From: Eledone cirrhosa
Lineage: Eukaryota
Assembly (NCBI GenBank): GCA_964016885.1
Contig: OZ024744.1
Location: forward strand, 102,052,001-102,116,000
DNA length: 64,000 nucleotides
Direction: 5' to 3'
Of the stretch, positions 40,434 through 53,437 are shown piece after piece. Numbering within the stretch: position 1 is the first letter of the stretch; each line of letters starts with the position of its first letter. Below the pieces are notes generated by a model that was not told the DNA's origin, searched no databases, and worked only from the letters and a program-made list of their open reading frames with translations. The position numbers were made by a program, and so were the translations under genes.

Positions 40434-40565
40434 CTTAACAAATGATATTGGAGTCGTTGTTCCTTCAATATCAATTAAAAGAGCTTTCACTCCGTCTAAT
40501 AGAGATTCCATCTCTGAAGCTAATCGCTTTTTGGAACACGTCGCACCTTCTTGGTTTAATAGCAT
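40434..40565 (-). CDS. ENOPH1: Enolase-phosphatase E1 (HAD family, methionine salvage), first coding exon
   Basis: MLLNQEGATCSKKRLASEMESLLDGVKALLIDIEGTTTPISFVK contains the diagnostic DIEGTTTPISFVK motif and ends at a phase-0 AAG|GTAAGC donor (GT at 40433-40432). The start may be the ATG at 40565 or at 40511. The ORF-track start at 40652 is non-ATG. No downstream exon was recognised in the window. Confidence 0.92.
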
Positions 40566-41613
40566 TACATTTCGTAATAAAGCTAACAGTAAGGAGCATG
40601 CAATAAATAACGTCAAGCTAATTATATTAGCCTCTAAAGGAAGTAATAACAACAGTTAGGTACTGAAATGCAAATTATCAGAAACTATTAAAGACTCGCA
40701 GATACCAATGTATGTTCAGACTCCACTACAGTTAGACAGAAAATATTTAAATTTGATATTAGAAAACTATAATATATATATTTGTTAAATTGAAATATTT
40801 TGAAAAGGAAATAAATACATTTCAGAATTGATTTTTATTTAATTAATGATTCATTTAACTAATAAAAATAATAAATATTTTATGTTTGTAAAGGAGGGAG
40901 TTAAAATGATGTACGAGCCCAAGAGATTTGACCAATGGGAGCTGTCGTTAGATATTGCCGGCAAAGCTAAAACGAACGTCCATTGTTTGGAATGTTGTCA
41001 GGTTGACGACCGCCCACTATGTCAGTTTAGCAATGACTTCACTACCGCTAACTTTACAATTGTTTATATAGTTTCAGTTCGCTGACAACTCTACATCTCA
41101 CATCCCATTCGTTATCTCACCACATTAACTTTAAACACTTTTCCCACTCAAAAGTTCTTCTTTCTTACTCACCCTCCCCCCACAAGCGTTGGATCTTTAA
41201 TTGGTTTTAAAACCACAAAAGACCGGTCACTTATTCCTTATTTTATATACTACAAGCAGGACGTGTTTCTTGTCAAGTTCTGTTTATTTGGCAGATTCCT
41301 GTTTTGAGAATCAGTCCCTTAACACTCACTGAAGAATTCCTACAGACTGTCTACCGAAAGAACTGCTTACGTGGACTTAAAATCACTTGAACCAAGGACG
41401 GTAAAGAAGTGGTTGATATTAACAGAATTGGTTTTTACACGTTGTATAACAACCTTTAATAATTTCCTCCTTTTTTATGTTGAATCAGGAAGTTGTATAA
41501 AGTAAGAATTAACCAGGATTTAACAATCCAACTGACCCGACCGAGTATAATTTATCTTCTGTTATATATTGTTTGATAATTAGTAAACATAGTATATTTT
41601 TTATTATTCAAAC
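40566..41613. promoter_or_regulatory. Putative bidirectional promoter / 5' UTR region between ENOPH1 and the RRBP1-like gene
   Basis: Divergent start codons ~1.05 kb apart. The interval is free of recognisable TEs. CCAAT at 40932 and reverse CCAAT (ATTGG) at ~41200. TSSs are not determinable. Confidence 0.65.
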
Positions 41614-42280
41614 ATGGAGATGCAGACTTTACTTATTGGTGTGACATGTTGCATTATGTCGGCTGTCATTATCTACTTGATATCGATGTTCAGTATGAGA
41701 GAGAAGACATTCGAGGAAGTTATGGAAGAACAGAGACTTAGACTGGAAGAAGAAGAGAAGAAGGCACGAAGTGAGAAAAAAGCTGAAAGAGGCGACCGAA
41801 AAAAGTATAAGAAATTCAAAGAAAAAAACAAAGAGAAAGCGCAACAGTTAAAAGGTGTAGAAATAGACGGGACATTTCCCCAAGTGAACACTATAAAAAA
41901 AGAAGTACGTGTCGATGCGATTTCAGAATTAGCTGCAACCACTGGAATAATTCAAGTGAACACATTAAAATTGGAGAAAAAGCAGGTAAAAGAAGTTAAT
42001 TCTATGCCACTTGTTGCTAATCAATCTGCCAATGTATCAGCATCGCCTAAAAAAGAGGAAAAAATTCCGAAATCTCAACGCAAACAAACCGGCTCACCAA
42101 CTAAAGAGGTTTCTTCTAGTCAGCAGAATTTTTCTCAAAATATAAACTATGTTCCCGACACTAAACCCGAAAATAGCAACCGAAAATCCCAGAAAACGAA
42201 GTCTCCAAAAGTTGACACCGACACCCATAAAGTTGTTGAACTTCACTTGTATGATCAGAATACTTCCAAGAAAGTTGGTG
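41614..42280 (+). CDS. RRBP1: Ribosome-binding protein 1 (p180) / kinectin-like ER membrane protein, first coding exon
   Basis: N-terminal TM helix (LLIGVTCCIMSAVIIYLISMFS) followed by MREKTFEEVMEEQR and a Lys/Glu-rich region, the RRBP1/KTN1 N-terminal signature. Phase-1 donor G|GTACTT after 42280 (alternative G|GTGGTA after 42277). RRBP1 versus KTN1 naming is uncertain. Confidence 0.8.
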
Positions 42281-42397
42281 GTACTTACCGATTTTTTTTT
42301 TCTTACATATTTTTATATTCTAATTTATTTTTGTATTTGTTCGTATTTTTCTAACTAGTTTCTAAACTTTATACGTGTCAATGAAAGATGTATTTCA

Positions 42398-42454
<57 letters not shown>

Positions 42455-42962
42455 TTCACACTTTTTTGTCAAGCAATAGATATTTTCAAGACGAAATTTA
42501 TTTAGGACTGAATACGTGGCTTCTTGAGATGAAGTCTGTCAAAATATCTGATTACGTCGCACATGCAAGTTTAACAACTGACACGAATATTGAATAGGGC
42601 CTTAGCTATACTGAACTAGTATTTAATTTGGTTATAAGTTTATTTTAAGAAATGTCTGTTTATTAATCTGTTTTTTTAATAGTGAAGATATTTGGAGCTT
42701 ATCTTTCAGTATTAAATGTTTGCGAGATGCTCTGACTGGCTTTCTCTTATAGAAGAAACTGTTGACGTGTCGGTAGTGCACTGACGTTCTTTTCTCGCAG
42801 ACAGCCGCACTCTTAACTCCATACAAACTTAGTCTCACACACTTACATACACTCACAATAAGAAAGGTACTGAAAAAGAATCTTTATACAACTTTTTAAA
42901 GTACGTTTTCTAGAAATTGCAAATAGATTTTAGTTTTATTAAAATTAGATAAATTATGTACG

Positions 42963-42994
<32 letters not shown>

Positions 42995-43374
42995 TTTTTA
43001 CTTAAAAAAAAAAAAAACTTGTTTTTCTTTTTTTTTCTTTTTTTGTAGTTGTACAGAAAAATACTTCTTACGTAAAATAAGTTTTAAAAATAGTTTTCGT
43101 ATCTTTCTGATTTGTGGGTGCCAACGATTAGGGGGAGGAAAGGTTTCAATTTTTTTTTTTTTTTCCTAATGTTCTGAAATTAAATTTCGCGGTCGACTGA
43201 TTTTGTCATAGACTATTCTCTGACTATTTTAAATATCGTGTCGAAACTTCCTATTTCCTCTTCCTTGGTGAAGATTTGTCAATATTAGGAAAATCCTTGT
43301 TCGGGATAGTTAAAGGATGGGGGTTAAATAAACGACTGCTTATCTTCTATTAAGATAAATTCCAAATACATCTT

Positions 43375-43545
43375 AATAGGCTTTATGGGAAGATTAAATC
43401 GACCAGTACCTACTTGACTGGTTCTTATTTTCGTCGATCGTGGACGGATGAAAGATAGGATTTGACCTGGATAGGATTTGAACGTAGGAGCTGTGACTAA
43501 ACACAGCAGGTATTTCATCCGATTCCCCAAATATTCTGCCGCTTT
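43375..43545 (-). mobile_element. Diverged tRNA-derived SINE (OK/Nin-like)
   Basis: gactggttcttattttcgtcgatcgtggacggatgaaag...ggatttgaac, a degenerate version of the same family. Confidence 0.6.
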
Positions 43546-43829
43546 ATCGTTTTAGAACTATTCAAATTTTACCGAAGTCCACAGTAGTATTATAGGAATG
43601 ACTAAATCCCCATCACTTGACAAAATTAACTTTATTCCTGGTTAAAAAAAATTTACTTATTTCTAGGAAGAGTTTCTAGTTTGTAAAATATTTAGTTTTC
43701 ATTGACGGACGTCTTTTTTTTTTTTTTTTTTTTTTTTTTTAGTAAAATGCCTCGAACTTATGTTCCATTAATCAATATCTAAAATAAATATTCTCTCCAC
43801 TATTATATATGTGTATGTATATGTATAGG

Positions 43830-43867
<38 letters not shown>

Positions 43868-44013
43868 AAGCGTTCGCGGCACTGAGACACAGTAGACCAC
43901 ATAGTAATAATCGATGGGTGTTTGGGTACAAAGTTAGTAGAGTAATTTAGTAAGATCCTAAAAGAGGTCCTACTCCGGTTCGAGTTCTGTGTGGGCTCTC
44001 CGTTGGGATTTTG

Positions 44014-44070
<57 letters not shown>

Positions 44071-45284
44071 GGAAGTGTCTCAACCCATCAAATGACACTT
44101 CCCATTGCCTGTATGGTAAAATTAGTGTAACTGACAATAGATATCCTATGAAGAAAATTAAGCTATCCTGTTCGATAAGCCGAATCTAGTTCACATTCTC
44201 CGCTTTATATATATATATAATGTATATAGTGACACGTAGTTACTCACAGCCAGATGAGAGAACCCTATTCCTAAGTCTACCATGCATATTACGCAATGAA
44301 TCCGGGAAATCGGTCGAAGCATTTTAATTTTCTTCAATGGGGAACTATTGTCAATAATAGCCGGTAAACTAATCTGGAGATCACGAAATAGCTGCAATGA
44401 GGATGTAGTCATTGCTTTCTGTAGGCAATAACATTGACTTGACTACGTACTGCTTCACTTACGTATTACCGAATTTTTAAGTTACGTAAACATGATCTAA
44501 TTCGTTGTGTAAGGTTACTATTTAAATGAGATTGTTCGCAAACTTCATATTTTTTAGTCTTTTACATCTACTCGCAAAACAAAAAAAAACAATAAAACAA
44601 CAAAAACTTCTAAACTTCCCACCCCTTAGGGTAGGCAGGGTAATAAGAAATTCTTCACGCACATTGAAATCCTGCCACGGTTAACTTTAGCCCGCTCGCT
44701 CGCCCGCCGCATCCTCCCCTGCAGAGATGATAAAATAAGCGAAGAATACGAACGTTAGTACTTTGTGCTTAATCAGATATTTACACATCGAAATTGTTTA
44801 TTATTCCTAATGTTTCCTGTGTGTCTAGAAGAGGGGTGTGTGGGGGGTCAATTCCTAAAATAGTTTTTCTTTTAATTACAAATAGAAAAACAGACAACTA
44901 ATAAATTTGCATCGTTGGCTCCCAAACACATTCTTTTTTTTTTTTTTTTTTTTTTTTTTCAATGTACATATTTTGGAACACATACCTATACGTGGCTTTC
45001 TGCCAATGTGAGAAACAATTATACCCTAATATTGTTGCTATAGTGAATAGGGAATAAAATGTGTGAGAATTCTCTTATATTAGATTTCATTGGAATTCAA
45101 ACTTGCCTTAAATTCCTCACAGCAGATATAAAGGAGTATTTGGTTAAAATTTTGAAGATTTCAGTGCAAAGATCATTGGAATAGATAGAAGTGTGTGTGT
45201 GTGTGTGAACAAAAAGGAAAAGAATGACTTCATGTAGTTGGTATTCTATAACAATTTAATTTTATAGTATGTGTGTGTATGTGT

Positions 45285-45672
45285 CATCATCATTTAATGT
45301 CCATCTTCCACGCTAGCATGGGTAGGACGGGCAGTCCCTTTGTGAGGGATCAGAACTGATTTTGGCTTGGTTTCTACAGCTGGATGCCCTTCCTAGCACC
45401 AACCACATTTACAGTGTGCTGAGTGGCCCCTGTCGTGATACTCACAATCATGCCACATTGTGGACTGGGTACTCTCTGTCGTGACACCTACACGACCACC
45501 CCACAATACTACTAATAATAATAATGTTTTCTGATTTAGGCACAAGGCCAGTAATTTTGAGGGGAGGGGAAAATCGATTAAATTGACGCCAGATCATTGC
45601 TGGTACTTTATTTTATCGATCCTGTAAGGATAAAAGGTAAAGTTAACCTCTGTGGGATTTGAACTCAGAATG
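45285..45672 (-). mobile_element. RTE-tailed SINE-like element (45285-45505) followed by an OK/Nin-like SINE (45521-45672)
   Basis: Family motifs tttctacagctggatgcccttcctagcaccaacc and ttttatcgatcctgtaaggataaaaggtaaagttaacc. Confidence 0.8.
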
Positions 45673-45919
45673 TTCAACAATAATAATAATTAGTCTTGAT
45701 TTTTTTTTTTTTTTTTTTTTTTTCAGGAATGTGTTTTTTTTTTGTTTTTATTGCTAATAAATTCGCATGATATATTATAAACTGTGGAGTTTAAAAAAAA
45801 TATCTTTGGTAGAGTATTGCTGTGATAGTTGTGGTGAGCTGCTTGACTCACTTATGTTAGCATGGATTAAAAACAAACACATTAAAACACCTTGATTTAG
45901 CTGACTATGTAAAATAGTA

Positions 45920-46259
45920 ATATCATCATTCATCATTGTTTAATGTCTATTTTCCACGCTAGCATGGGTTAGACGAGTTGTCCCATTTGAGGCAAGTCAA
46001 GTCAGGTGTCTGTGTCTTGCTCACACAAAACTGGTTTTGACTTGGTTTCTACAGCTGGATGTCCATCCTAAGGCCTACCACATTTAGTGTGTGCTTAGTG
46101 CTTTTTTTATTGACATAATATCGAATCTATGAGATTTTGATATTTATTTTGAGAAGAATACCTTAAAGTCGGTTTGAGGGGCAATTTACAGCTGATTTGA
46201 ACAGAAAAAGGTGAGATAATTCTGGCCAGATATGGCCGGTTTAAAAGCTAAAGGGTTAA
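45920..46259 (-). mobile_element. RTE-tailed SINE-like fragment plus an inverted piggyBac-type MITE copy
   Basis: ttccacgctagcatgggttagacg...tttctacagctggatg, then the reverse complement of 20913-21060 ending gctaaagggTTAA. Confidence 0.7.
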
Positions 46260-46645
46260 TCATTAGTTTTCTAATATTCCTAGAAAAACAATTAGATTAG
46301 ATTGGAAAAACATATAGTAAGTCAACTGACTGATCATAGATGGTAGTAAATGAAGAAATGTATTATAATTGGTCTAAAGTTTAAACTTCAAAGTTACAAA
46401 TATTGTATAGACAAGATATAGTTCAGATGCAGCATTTATATCTATAAACATTGCATTTCATTGTTAACTGAGATAAGGGTGCAATCAAGCATAAACACGA
46501 TAAGAACTGGTTGATTATTTTGAAGTGCCATTACTTCGGAAAAGTATTGAAATTTATGACCATAAATACTTTAAAATGGTTTTTTTACTGATGAATGCTT
46601 TTTCTGGTCTCAACCTATACTTTATCAATGTGATATATAGATATA

Positions 46646-46694
<49 letters not shown>

Positions 46695-46769
46695 TGTGTG
46701 TGTATATCGTTGTCGTTTAAGGTCCATCTTCCACGCTAGTGTGTATGTGTGTGTATATATATATATATA

Positions 46770-49100
46770 TCCCAACATAGACTGATAATTAGCGACCTCA
46801 TAGTCAGGAAGAGACGTACTAGACAGCAGAAGAGGACTATCCTCAGGAGAAAAATATGGAAGCTAAAGGATCCCACAGCCAGAAATAAATTTCAAAGCAT
46901 ATTACTTGATGCTTTCGACAGTAAGGAAGAGCAATTAGTCGTAGAAGGTAGAGGAACAGTGGGAATTCCTGAAAGCAAACCTGCTGATGGCGGCAGACGA
47001 AGTCTGTGGCTGGAGCAGGCCTGTAGGCAGGAGGAGAGTAACATGGTGGTGGAACAGTAAGGTGGAGGGGTCAATCAAGGCCAAAAAGCAGGCTTGGAAA
47101 GCGTGGCGGGATGGGGGAAGTAGAGAAGACTATCAAGTGGCCAGGAGGGAAGCTAGGAGACAAGTGTACTTCGCAAGAAGAGAAGCAAAGGAGAGAAAGT
47201 TCAAGCATGTTCTACAACGCGAGGACCAAAAACGTGAGGTGTTCAGGATTGCTAGGCAATGTGTCAAGGAAAATCGTGATATTGTCGTTGAGAAGTGTGT
47301 ACTTAACGATGATGGCGTGCTTGCCATCACTGACGCTGATAAGAAGGTAGCTTGGAAGTGTCACTACGAAAGGCTACTAAATGAGGAGAATAAATGGGAG
47401 AAAGACAGTTTCCCCCACATCGACCCAATAGAGGGACCAGCAGTGTTAGTCGAAGGTAGTATAAGTAAGGCAATCAAAGATATGAAGACGGGTAAGGCGG
47501 CTGGGCCTTCGGAAATAGTTGCTGAGATGCTGAAAGCCTCCGGTACGGTGGGACACACCATGGTCACCCGGATAGTAAACCAAGTCATACAGAATGGGTT
47601 TGTTCCGAAGGACTGGCGTAGCAGCAGCATCGTTAACTGTTACAAGGGTAAAGGAGACGCCCTAGATAGGAGTAACTATAGAGGCATTAAATTAATCGAC
47701 CAGGTCATGAAGGTCACGGAAAAAGTAATAGCGCAACTAATCAGAGAGAATTGATCTAGATGAAATGCAGTTCGGGTTTGTGTCGGGCAAAAGTACCACA
47801 GACGCTCTTTTCATTGTACGACAACTACAGGAGAAGTACCTAGCTAAAAGTAAACCCCTATACTTAGCTTTTGTTGACTTGGAGAAAGCCTTCGACAGAG
47901 TCCCCCGTTCCATTATCTGGTGGGCTCTTAGAAAACTAGGTGTTGACGAATGGCTTGTGAGAGCCATACAAGCCATGTATAAAGAAACAGTCAGCAAGGT
48001 TAGAATTAACAACGAATATAGTGAAGAGTTTAGCGTAAAAGTTGGTGTCCATCAGGGCTCTGTTCTTAGCCCCCTACTATTTATTATTACCCTTCAGGCT
48101 ATAACAGAGGAGTTCAAGACCGGTTGCCCATGGGAACTCCTATAGGGAGATGATCTAACGCTCATAACTGAATCAATGGCCGAGCTAGAGAAGAAATTCC
48201 AAACATGGAAGCACGGCCTAGAATCGAAAGGCCTTAAAATTAACCTGGCTAAGACTAAAGTTCTAGTTTGTAGGAAAGAAAATAAGGCGCCGGTCCCCTC
48301 CGGGAAATGGCCATGCTCAGTGTGTAGGAAAGGCGTAGGTAGAAACTCCATTTTTATGTCCCAAATGCAAAGTATGGGTGCATAAAAGATGTAGTGGGAT
48401 CACAGGTAAGCTAACTAAGAACACAGATTTTACATGTGGCTGGTGCAATAAGTAGCAGCAAGTGCCCACAAAATACTAGCTCTTTCAATTGCGTAGAGGG
48501 TTCTATAGAAATAGTGGACAGCTTCCGTTACCTGGGTGACAAAATCAGCAGTGGGGGAGGGTGCTCTGAAAGTACAGTAGCTAGAGTCAGAACTGGATGG
48601 AAAAAGTTCAGAGAACTTATACCACTATTAGCCGCTAAAGGGTTCTCCCTAAAAATGAAAGGCAGGTTGTATGATGCCTGCATACGAACAGCAATGTTGC
48701 ATGGCAGTGAGACCTGGGCATTGTGTGCAGAGGATATACGCAGACTAAAGAGGAATGAAGCTTGCATGCTCCGCTGGATGTGTAATAGTAATATACGTGA
48801 ACGGCAAAGCATAAACGAACTAAGGAAAAAATTAGAAATAAGAGGGATCAGATGTTGTTTACTCGAGAGAAGGCTACGTTGGTATGGTCACGTGATGCGC
48901 ATGAAAGACAGCTGTATAACAAAGTGCAGGGCAATAAAGATAGATGGTAGCCACGGAGTAAGCAGACCCAGGAAAACCTGGGACGAGCTGATAAATTCCG
49001 ACCTCACACACTTACACCTCTCCAAGACAATGTCACTGGACCGAGACCTTTGGCGGTACTCAGTAACAGAGAAGACCCGCCTTACCTAAATACAAAGTAA
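46770..49100 (+). mobile_element. 5'-truncated RTE LINE (relatively young; RT, PHD-like finger, C-terminus) in intron 1 of the RRBP1-like gene
   Basis: ORFs 46987..47754, 47765..48145, 48176..48385 and 48436..49089 tile one RTE ORF with a few frameshifts. The catalytic LYADD is mutated to L*GDD at ~48140. Confidence 0.95.
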
Positions 49101-49199
49101 AACCTACTACAGTCAGTAGGCATCTCTAACAAAATACACCCCCGTCCGACCACCCCATCCACACCGCCCCCTTCAATGCAAAGTTATGTTGGTGCCACA

Positions 49200-49578
49200 A
49201 CATCCAGGCCGAAACAAATGAAGTCGTGTAGGTGTCACGACAAAAAACACACAGTCCACGCTGTAATGTGGCCGTGTAGGCAACACGGTAAAAACCTCCC
49301 AGTCCCACACTGTAAATGTGGTTGGTGTTAGGAAGGGCATTCAGCTGTAGAAAACACGCCAGACAGTCCACGCTGTAATGTGGCCGTGTAGGCAACACAG
49401 TAAAAACCTCCCAGCCCCACACTGTAAATGTGGTTGGTGTTAGGAAGGGCATCCAGCTGTAGAAAACCCGCCAGACAGTCCTATGCGAGCAAGACAACCA
49501 CTCTTGCCTCAAGTGGGAAAACCCCCGTCCAAACCCATGCAATTGTGGAACAGGGACGTTAAACGATGATGATGATGA
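49200..49578 (+). mobile_element. RTE-tailed SINE-like element with an internal ~113-bp duplication
   Basis: acagtccacgctgtaatgtggccgtgtaggcaacac...ggttggtgttaggaagggcat occurs twice; (GAT)n tail. Confidence 0.8.
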
Positions 49579-49672
49579 TATGTGTATATGTATGTATATA
49601 TTCTGACAATATTTATTGAATTGCTATGTTGCAGGATATATTGTTTGTAAGAGACATAAACAAATGCCATTC

Positions 49673-49850
49673 GGTGGATTGGCAGTATCGGTAGAGGGTC
49701 GGACACCATGCTTTGATGTATAGAGTTAGGGCCCTTGCTATTCTGAGTTCAAATCCCGCCGAGGTTAACTTTGCTTTTCATCCTTACAGGGTCGATAAAA
49801 TAAAGTACCAGTAATACACTGGGGTACTTGTGCCAAAAGTAGAAACAATT
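49673..49850 (+). mobile_element. tRNA-derived SINE (OK/Nin-like)
   Basis: ggtggattggcagtatcgg (box A)...gagttcaaatcc (box B)...tcatccttacagggtcgataaaataaagtaccag. Confidence 0.88.
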
Positions 49851-49858
49851 GTCTATAT

Positions 49859-50517
49859 CAGGGGCATGCAACAGGCAGCCCGCGGGTCACAATCCAGCCC
49901 ACCAGACCAGTCAGTGGCCTGCGATGGCTGTTTTTAATTTTTATCTTGTAGGTTTATTTAGAATTTTTTTTGTAACCGTAATACAATTTTCTGTTAGTTG
50001 ACCTATACTAAAGGGCTTCACTGATAGGGTTATGTGTGTTATAATTTCCCAGTTCCATGTTATGGAAAGAAGTTGTGGTGAATCTTTGGAATAGTGTTTA
50101 ATAAATATTACTGGCCCTAATAGTCCTAATAGTTGTTCTGATAGGGTTATGTGTGTTATAATTTCCCAGTTCCATGTTGTGGAAAGAAGTTGTGGTGAAT
50201 CTTTGGAATAGTGTTTAATAAATATTACTGGCCCTAATAGTCCTAATAGTTGTTCTGATAGGGTTATGTGTGTTATAATTTCCCAGTTCCATGTTGTGGA
50301 AAGAAGTTGTGGTGAATCTTTGGAATAGTGTTTAATAAATATTACTGGCCCTAATAGTTGTTCTGATAGGGTTATGTGTGTTATAATTTCCCAGTTCCAT
50401 GTTGTGGAAAGAAGTTGTGGTGAATCTTTGGAATAATGCTTAATAAATATTAATGGCCCTAATAGTTGTTCCAATGTTCAAAAGTGGCCTGCCAATGGAA
50501 TATATTGCACACGTCTG
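49859..50517. mobile_element. Degenerate hAT-type MITE carrying an internal tandem repeat
   Basis: Starts caggggcatgcaacaggcagcccgcggg and ends ttgcacacgtctg (imperfect TIRs). TSD not clear. Confidence 0.5.
50021..50470. repeat. Tandem repeat, 117/117/108/108-bp units x4
   Basis: ctgatagggttatgtgtgttataatttcccag... starts at 50021, 50138, 50255 and 50363. Confidence 0.95.
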
Positions 50518-50962
50518 AATTAAACTGATACACAAATATATAACGGACATCTTTACAATTTTATCTCTAGTAAATTTACAAGATATAAACATTTAAACCG
50601 GCTGTATCTGGCCAGAATTCTCTCACCTCTTTCTGTTCAAACTGGCTGTAACCGGTTGCTCATACTGATGATGTTAAGGTATTGTTCTCAAAATAAATAT
50701 CAAAATCTCATAGATTTGATATTGTGTGAAGTAAATCCTTTTCCATGAAAATATAATAGTATATATATAAAGTAATGTAATTGCTAAAGGATTAGTTAGT
50801 CAACCTGAAGCTATAATATGCTTGACCATGTGCTATGTAGAGGACTAGAACCTGTTACCATGTGGTTGCACAGTAAATTTAATAACACAACCATTAGCTT
50901 CCTCAAAAACATGATTGTCTCTTAAAGAAAAGGAAAATTTGTTTCAATGTTTTATTTTGTAG

Positions 50963-51037
50963 CTAAAGGAAAAGAAAATGAAAAGCCAAAGGAAGATGCT
51001 GCTGCCAAAAAAGAAAACAAAAATGTAACTGCCAAAG
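50963..51037 (+). CDS. RRBP1: RRBP1/kinectin-like gene, internal 75-nt exon (phase 1-1)
   Basis: ttttattttgtAG acceptor, (A)KGKENEKPKEDAAAKKENKNVTAK, G|GTGAGA donor. The phase matches exon 1 and the Lys/Glu-rich composition matches. Confidence 0.8.
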
Positions 51038-51279
51038 GTGAGATCAAATTAAGCTGTAATGTTTAACAAAATGATATTTTCACATTTTTCAGATAGTTGA
51101 TTTTAGATAGTTCTAACACAATCGTAATACAGTCATCAAGTATTCTGTTGCTATTGATCTGCTAAAAGCAGAGGTTCTCAAAGTGTTCACTGTCTCCGCT
51201 CCCTCGGTTGGGGCACCTTGAGAAGGACCAGGGGGCACTGGCGGTAGAGATGATATAATAGTATATTAGATATCAAACG

Positions 51280-51620
51280 ATACATACCTCTGGCGTCGCG
51301 CAGTAATACAGAGTACCCAACCTCCCATGGGTACAAGCTGAAGCATATAGACAATATGCCCCCACACCCTCCCACTGCAAGGTGCCACAGCAAAAAAGCA
51401 CCCAGCCCACACTGTAAAGTGGACGTGTAGGCACCACGAAAAAGCACCCAGCACTCACTGTAAATGAGGTTGGTGTTAGGAAGGGCATCCAGCTGTAGAA
51501 ATCAAGCCAAATCAGTTCCTGTATGAGCAAGGCATGGTCAGCCGACCAGACACTGCCCACAACAGGACAACCCGTCTAACCCATGCTAGCGTGGAAGAAC
51601 GGACGTAAAACGATGATGAT
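51280..51620 (+). mobile_element. RTE-tailed SINE-like element nested in the hAT MITE
   Basis: ggttggtgttaggaagggcatccagctgtagaaatc...cccatgctagcgtggaagaacggacgtaaaacgatgatgat. Confidence 0.8.
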
Positions 51621-51650
51621 TTTACTATATTTATATATAGTATATATTAT

Positions 51651-52528
51651 ACTAGCAGTGGTACCCGGCGTTGCACGGGATAAGGTATTTTGGAACGCGG
51701 GCCGCCAACAGACCTAATCGTGGGAAAACTGCATGCCTGGACAATATGTAAAGAAAATAAACCGAATACTCTGATGGCTGGATAATCTTCAAGATTTTTA
51801 TCGATGAAACAGGAAAAATTCAGGTTTTCACCTAATGCAGACCATAGGGGATGAAGAAAATTAATTTTTTTTATGTGCATAATATGCCTTGAAATTTTGG
51901 GAAAATCGGCTAGACGTAACGCCTCAAAAAAGCCCTAAAAAGCTGAAAAAATGAAGTTTTTCACCTAATGCGGGCCCTAGGCCATAAAAAAGTTGGATTT
52001 TCTTTGCTCACGGTATGAAGAAGAGACTGACTAATACATAGTTACAATTTCAATGAAATAGGCCTCAAAAAACCCCTAAAAACGCAATTTTTCACCTAAT
52101 GTGGGTCAAAAAGTTGAATTTTTTTATGTGCATAACACTCCATGAAACATAATACACATGTAAAGTTTGAAAAAAGTGGGTTGCATACTTCTCGAGTTTT
52201 AGGTATTCAAACTCACGCACACAGCCATTCATACAGACAGATATTATAAGGGCGCGACGTTATATGTATGTATCTATCTAAAAAGAGAAAGACTAAGAAT
52301 TATAGAGAGAGATCGCCTAATGCAGTCCCTTGGGCATTGAAAATTTGAAATTTTTTTTGCTCAGAACACTCCCTGAAACATAAGTATTACATGTGTAAAG
52401 TTTGAAAACAGTCGGTTTGGTGCTTCTCGAGTTTTAGGGATTCAAACTCGTACACACACAGACAGACATCCTCAATTTTATATATATAGACTAGCAGAAA
52501 ACCGCCCACCGGGTGGTTTTCTGCTAGT
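51651..52528. mobile_element. Helitron/Helentron-associated (HINE/DINE-like) non-autonomous elements
   Basis: Starts actagcagtggtacccggcgttgcacggg (ACTAG plus short hairpin), has cacctaatgc subrepeats and (CAGA)n tracts, and ends in the palindrome actagcagaaaccgcccaccgggtggttttctgctagt. Sits in TA-rich sites. Confidence 0.55.
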
Positions 52529-52552
52529 ATATATATATATATATATATATTT

Positions 52553-52582
52553 ATTACACACACAGAAATGTATATGTATTTC

Positions 52583-52627
<45 letters not shown>

Positions 52628-52738
52628 CACACACAAATGTATATATATTTCTGTGTGTATATATATATATATATATATTACACACACAGAAATGTATATA
52701 TATTTCTGTGTGTGTATATATATATATATATATATTTC

Positions 52739-52769
<31 letters not shown>

Positions 52770-52803
52770 TACACACACACAGAAATGTATATATGTTTCT
52801 GTA
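52553..52803. repeat. Tandem array of palindromic units (acacacagaaat-(ta)n-atttctgtgtgt) separated by (TA)n
   Basis: About four self-complementary units are visible directly. Confidence 0.85.
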
Positions 52804-53437
52804 ACACTCCTCAATTCCCCCCGCTATCCCCCTCTTGTAGTCTGTCTCTTTCTTTCACTCTCTACGCGTGTGCAAAAAACATTCGCACGCGCGCACGTGT
52901 TTTAGTGTCTATTCACTCTTTCTCTCTCCCTCCCGCTATCCCCCTCTCGTAGTCTCTCTTTCTTTCACTCTCACTCTCTCTACGCGTGCGCAAAAAATAT
53001 TTGCACGCGCGCACGTGTTTCCACTGTCGGACAGACAGACAGACAGAGAAATTGCTGGTTATATATTATAAGGAGATATATATATATATATGAATTAATG
53101 ATTTAATTTATTGTATCTTATTTACAATTTGCGTGGAAATGTTTAGGGACGGTGGGGGTATTACAAGGCTGTGAGGGGCGTAGCCCAAAAGGTTTGAAGA
53201 CCTCTGTGCTAAAGCTTGGAGCTACTTTTCTAAGTCCATGCCAGTCTAATATTTACCATTGTTCCATTTCTACAGCAATATTTTAAGGCTCTTGTTGCCA
53301 ACCATTTAAGTTACTCCTCACAACAGATATTATAAAACTTAGTCACACATTTATTTTTTATAATTTGAAGTATAATTTATATGTACATATAAAGTTATTT
53401 TAACTCTGTTATTTATTATTATAATCAATTTATATAG

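Larger units (their letters stand above)
51169..53206. mobile_element. hAT-type MITE expanded by nested insertions
   Basis: TIRs cagaggttctcaaa / tttgaagacctctg. Flanks tgctaaaag / tgctaaag approximate an 8-bp TSD. Confidence 0.65.

Noticed and set aside
44250-44322. cagatga...GAAAtcgGTC hammerhead-like fragments
   Set aside because: The core is CAGATGA rather than CTGANGA, and stems I and II do not pair.
49941-50474. 177-aa repetitive ORF
   Set aside because: It is the translation of the 117/108-bp tandem repeat inside a MITE, with no protein signature.
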